Shown piece after piece: positions 45,201 to 51,200 of a DNA stretch of 64,000 nucleotides. This DNA is from Candidatus Cloacimonadota bacterium (GTDB lineage: Bacteria > Cloacimonadota > Cloacimonadia > G963667145), in NCBI GenBank assembly GCA_963676615.1, contig OY781092.1, positions 1,376,001-1,440,000 on the forward strand, given 5' to 3'. The position numbers and the translations under genes are program-made. The notes beneath the pieces are model-generated. The model was not told the origin of the DNA and did no database searches. It saw only the letters and a list, made by a program, of their open reading frames with translations. The stretch's first letter is position 1; each line of letters starts with the position of its first letter.

Positions 45201-48200
45201 TAAACATAGAAGCTATCTACAGCAGACGAAGAAGCCGCAAGATACGACCAAATCAGCTGCATAGAATCTTCGCCAGCCACCTGCGCCACAGACGCAAGAA
45301 CTGGATCTGGCAAAGCGGTATAACCCGTATCGGGCGCACTATAATACGACTCGCCAAAATTCTGCGTCAACGCCTTAACCTTGTAAACATACGGCTTTCC
45401 TGGCTCAACATATTCGTCCACAAAAGAGTCCAGACTCGTAACAGTTCCGCCCTCTTCACTCAAATCGTTACGCCAAATCTTATACTTTTTCCAGCCGACA
45501 TCGTTGGAGGTCAGCGAATCCCAGCGCACGATAATTTTATCCTTGTACTCCGCTTTGGTTGCACTCAATCCTGTGATAGTATCCAATCGACAATAGCCAG
45601 AATCTGCCAAGCTAAACGGCGAGCTAATCAGCGTTTCCATAAATATTTTCGCCCGCACATAGTAAACTTTGCACGGATCAACATCTAGCTCCGTCCTCGT
45701 CAAATTGAAAGACACTATCGCCTTCTCGCTCGATGCGTTAAAGTCAGAATTTTCGGAATACTCCAAGATCATTTTTGTCACGCTGGCAGGCAGAGTCTCC
45801 CACTTCACAATCAGCTTTTTGTTTATCAAGCTGTCTGCCGCATCCTCAATCCTCACCAGCGGAGCTTCGTATTGCCGCCAACCGCTATCGCTGACTGCAC
45901 CGTTTCCGCTGGTAGAAACATCGCCCAAAGCGACTAAGAAATATTTGTAGAAAGCGCCAGGAGAGACACTGAAATCTTTCACATACAAACTGTCTGCATT
46001 AAGCGCGATTTGCTCAAATCCCAAAAGCGTCGTATCGCCCAGAGGGTCGATTCTGTAGAGAGAGTAGCCTTTAGCGATGTTCTCCCATTTCACTTTGACA
46101 AAATCCAAACTATCGCGGCTAACCTCCGGCTTCGCTGGAGCAGGCAACGCCAAATACCCCTGATCGTAATCGCTAAGCTCCGAGCTATCGTTGGCGCCCA
46201 AACTGCGAACTCTAAAGTAGTATCTCGTGTCTGGCTTCAACTGCGGGAAATTACCAATTTCCACATCTGCCGAAGTGTCGTTTCCGCCTGTCGTCGCCAA
46301 AACTCGCTTATAGCCGCCCAAATCTCGCAAAGTGTCGTAATACAACGCATAGCCAGCCACCTTCACCTGCTTCGACCATTTCACAAAAATAGTGTCTGTG
46401 TTTGTCGCTTTGCTCGCCGTCAAATTTTTCGGAATAGGCATCGAGACAAGCCCCGTATCCACTTGTGAGAAATTCCACTTCTCTTCTGGCAAACTCTCGG
46501 TTAACTCGTTGCGAGCGTAGGCTTTATAGTAATAATCTTGCCCATAATTTATCCCATTCACCACAGAATCGTATGCAAAATCTTCGCTGACCGTATCAAT
46601 AATCTCGAATGAGCTATTATCCTCACTTCGGTAAAGCACATACTCGTCCGCACCCTCCACTTTGCCCCACATCAACCGCACAGCATCGTCTGTCGTCCCA
46701 TAGGTCGCTTCAAAAGATTTTGGCGCTGGCAGTTGGGTAAATCCAGAATCTTGCAAAGAGCGAGAATTTTCTGCGGAAACGGCGTTATAAGCTTTCACTT
46801 GATAAAAAACTTTCACCCCATGGAAACCAGTAAATTTATCGTTAAACACAGAGTCTTGATGATCCAAATCGAACTCAAACTCCTGCTGTATTCCGCCGTC
46901 GAACCTGCGATAAATTTTGTAACCAGCGGCGTTTTTCACCGTGTCCCAGCTGACTTTGATGCTATCCAAATAGTCGCCGTCGCTCGCCCTTAAATCTTCA
47001 GGAGCAGGCAAAAGCAGATAGCCGCTATCCACATCTGTAAAGTCGGACTCGCCATAGCCCAAAGATTTTCTCTTGATTTTGTAATAGTAGTAAGCGCCTT
47101 TTTCTAGGGAAGCGTCGTCGTCGATATACTCGCCCACACGGCCTTTGACCGCAGCGGTAGCGTCGCTTGCAAACCCTGTGGAGCTAAGCGCCCTGTAGAT
47201 ATAAACGCTGTCCGAATCGTATAAATTGTCGGCGCTCCAGCTAACCAGTATCGTGTCTGTGTTTAAACCTTTGGAAACGCTAAAGTCAGACGGAGCGGAA
47301 AGCTTTTTCCAACCAGAATCGACATCGCTATAATCGGAGAAAGCATCTACATTCAACGCCGGGTTACTCATATGCGACCTGATTTTGTAGTAATAGAACG
47401 CCTCGTTGCCCGAAACCTTGTCGTAGTAAATAATCGTGTCGCCGCTTTGCTTGCAATCTTCTGTAATGTTTACCTCAAACCCTTCGTTCGGACCGTCTAT
47501 TGAGCCCACATTTTTTTGGAAGGCGTAGTTCTCGACCTCGCCACTCTTCAGCCAGCGCACGACGACAGTGTCCTCTTTTGTCCCTTTTGAGCAGTCCAAT
47601 CCCACAGGCACAGCCAACTTCAAATAACCAAAATCCATTTCGCTGGTCCGCTCTTGGGCGCCTTTTATTGCCTTAACCCAATAGTAGTAAATAACGCCTG
47701 TGTCCGCAGTTTTGTCCACATACAGCCCCGTATCGTTCAAAGTAGCTTCTGGCGAAGCTGGCATAGAAGTCGTTATGCTACGATAAACCTCGAAATCTTT
47801 GTTATCGTAATCACCCCAAATTATCGTAATCGAATCCAAAGATTCATTTTTGCTCACCTGAATTTCGGGAGCAGACAACGCCGCTTTGCCAATACAGTGC
47901 GAAGATGTGTCAGAAAAGCCCGTCAACTCGTTCCACGCTATGCTGTAATATTCATACTCTAACCCAGAGATGACATCGCCATCCAAGAACGACTCGTTCT
48001 CCAGCGCCTGGAAGCTATAAATCGTATCAAACTCAGTGCCATCGAAACTTTTCCTGCAAACATACATACTATCAGCGTTCGGCACAACAAATACAAAAAC
48101 CTTTATCCCTTTGGTTTTTTCTTGATCGTAAGTAGCGTCGGGCTTGCTCGGTCGATTCAATCGCGTATATCCACTATCAACCTCGCTATTGCTCGCACGC

Positions 48201-51200
48201 CCAAAAGTCGGATGGTAATAAGAGACATAATATCCGTGCTTGATGCCCTTATCGTCTGGAATAAAGTTGTTATCCGTAAACTTCGTCTCTCCAACCACTT
48301 CGCCCCATTCATATCCGTCACGATAAATTGTATAAACAATCTCCGAAAGTCTGGAGTTCACTGGAACTTCCCAAGTGATAATCACAGAATCCACATAAAG
48401 CCCTTGGCTAGTCTGCAAATCACACACAGGCAGCAACTTAACCCAGCCAGAATCGACATTAGAATAGTTCGAGCTCAAAACGCCAGCCACAGAGTGAACG
48501 CTGTAATAGTAAACGATACAGCTATCTTGAAGCCCCAAGGTATCGGAATAGACGAACTCCGTTTTGCCATCGACCGAAATAGTTTTCAAATCGGTCAAAC
48601 TTGCCTCGTCTCGACCTCTACGAATAACAAACTCGTTTGCTCCCGCTCCTGGAGAAGTCACTTTGTTGCCCACATTCCAACTGATGTTAATCGTGTCGTT
48701 TTTCAACCCTTTAGACACCTCTATCTCTGGAGCAACCAACTTTGCATAGCCGCTATCGGCATTACTAAACTTAGAATAAGCGTTATTTACTTGCACAAAA
48801 GATTGCACACGATAAGTGTAATACTTTCCTGGAATAACATTCGCATCTTGATAGGTCGTGTCTGTGTAATTGTTAGACGCAACAATCGTATCAAATTTTC
48901 TCACACCAGACTCAAGCCAACTTTTCAGCAATCGATAACCGTCGCCATAAGACACTTGGTTCCATTTGGACATCACATACCCAAGCGAGTCTCTGCTCAC
49001 ATCTAACAAAACAGGCACTTCTGCCGCAGTCCAGCCATAATCATACAAAGTAGGCGACTCAAAACCCGACCAATCTTTTGCCGTGTGAGCGATGGTGTAA
49101 TGGGCGTTGTAGTAATAATTTTTTCCCTTTTTCAAAGAGCTAGAGGTATCGTTTAAGATAAATTTACCGTCAACAACTTCCCACAATTGCGTATTTGGAA
49201 TTGTCCCGTCAGAAAAGACAAGTCTTACAGAATCTCGGTGATTTTGGCAATCGTCAAAATCTTCATAGCGATAGAGGGCAATCATTCTCGGAGTTTTATT
49301 CATCTCAACCGTTACCTGTATCGTATCTACTTTCCCTCTAGAAAAATCGACCATCGTCAAAGGCAACAGTGGCGAGAGCACGCTATCCCGAACAGCAACA
49401 GAGCGGTTATATTTACCAATCGAAACCACCGAAACATAACCCATATCCCCTTCTTCCAAATCTTGTTCCCACTCACTTTTGTCCAAAGCGAATTTTTGCT
49501 CAGAACTCGTATTTACCGAGTTATACTCAATCTCGACAGAGTCGGTATTTTCAGAAACCGTCCAGTTAATCAACACTTTCTCTATCTCTGGCTTAGCCGT
49601 CATTCCCAAGATTTTTACAGGATAAAGCTTGGCAGCGCCAATCACATCTTCGTCGCTCAGCGCCGTGCTCCTGCCTTCGCTATTCATCACATTCACATAA
49701 TAGTTGTAGCCCAAGCCAGCGTATATCTTGTCGATATTCTCCCTATAAAATGTATCTGTTATTCCTGTGGCAACCACAGAAAGCCCTTTGTCGGAGCCAA
49801 CCTCCTGCTTATAAAGGTCGTAGCTGACAGCGTCTATATATTTTTCCCAAACAACCTCGATCGTATCGACCAACTCCTTGGTAGCGCTCACCATCGTTGG
49901 CGGATCCAGCGCAAGCCAGCCTTCGGGACCAGCTGTAAAAAAGCTCTTGTTCATCGTCGCGGCAACTCGCTTGCCTTCCACCCATTTAATCGGACGAACT
50001 CGATAAAAATACTTCTCCTTATCTCCCACATAATCCGCATAGCTAAGCGAATCTACCGTTATTACAGAATCGTATAAACTAAAATTAGCTTTATCGGGAT
50101 TGCCGACAAGCTTCAGGCGGTAAACCACATAGCTATCCACAAAAGGCGTTTGCACCCAGTCAACCATAATGTATTGATAGCTCTCGTCTTTGCTCGCCTC
50201 AACATCGTCCATCTCCGCAAAACGCACATAGCCAGTCGCCCGCACAGAATCGACAGAATTTTCCAGAACAGAATAGTCGGTCACTCCAACATCTGGGCAA
50301 TAAGCTCGCACAGTATAAAGGTAAGCTTTTCCCGCATAAGCTTCTTTATCTGTGAAAATCACATTCCCAGAAGCATCTTCCTTCAAATCGTAAGAAGAGA
50401 ACTCCGTTCCGATTGGAACCGTTCGCACATACCCCTCTGGCGCATCTTCCGAATACCTTCTAATGTCATAACTGTTAGCGTTATTTTTGTTTTTCCACTT
50501 CACTTCGATTTTAGCATCAAACGCAAACTTGCTTGCCAACACAGAATCTGGCGGAGCTGGCGTCCTAAAGCCAATCAAAGTATCGCTAGCGCTAGAGTCC
50601 AACTGCCCGTTATCTTTGATATGTCCAGAAGTCGCCACCGCAAACATCTCATACCGTTCTCTATCGGGAGCAGCCCATGCGCCTTTGAGCATTCCATTTT
50701 CTTCGGTCTGATTGCTCAAAAACAGCTCAGAAAAAGCTTCCGCAGAACCCTCTTTCCGCTGATAAAAACTATACTTTGCTCCCTCTCCCAAAGTCTCCAG
50801 TTCCACGAAAATCGAGTCAGGATCAGCCGTCTCGTCATAACCGGACACAAAGAAATAACCAATCGTATCCAACCGAACGAACCCAGAATCAACATTGCTA
50901 TAGCCAGAGACAATCTGCTTAACATCCTCTGGATCTTCTTTGGTAATGCTCAAAATCTTCTCTCGCACGCTTTTGCTATAAGCTCTCACCTGATAAGAAT
51001 ACATCAGCCCTTTAACGACAGCAGCATCAGAATAACTTGTGTCACTCACCTCTGTTAGCCTGTTCCAGCCAGAAGTCTCGTCGTTTCGCAATTTGCGATA
51101 AATCTGATACCCGTCCAAACTAGCGGCAGGGCTCTTAACCCAGCTAACGGCAACATTCAGCGCACCGCCCTTTGTCGCAACAAGCCCGCTAGGATTCCCC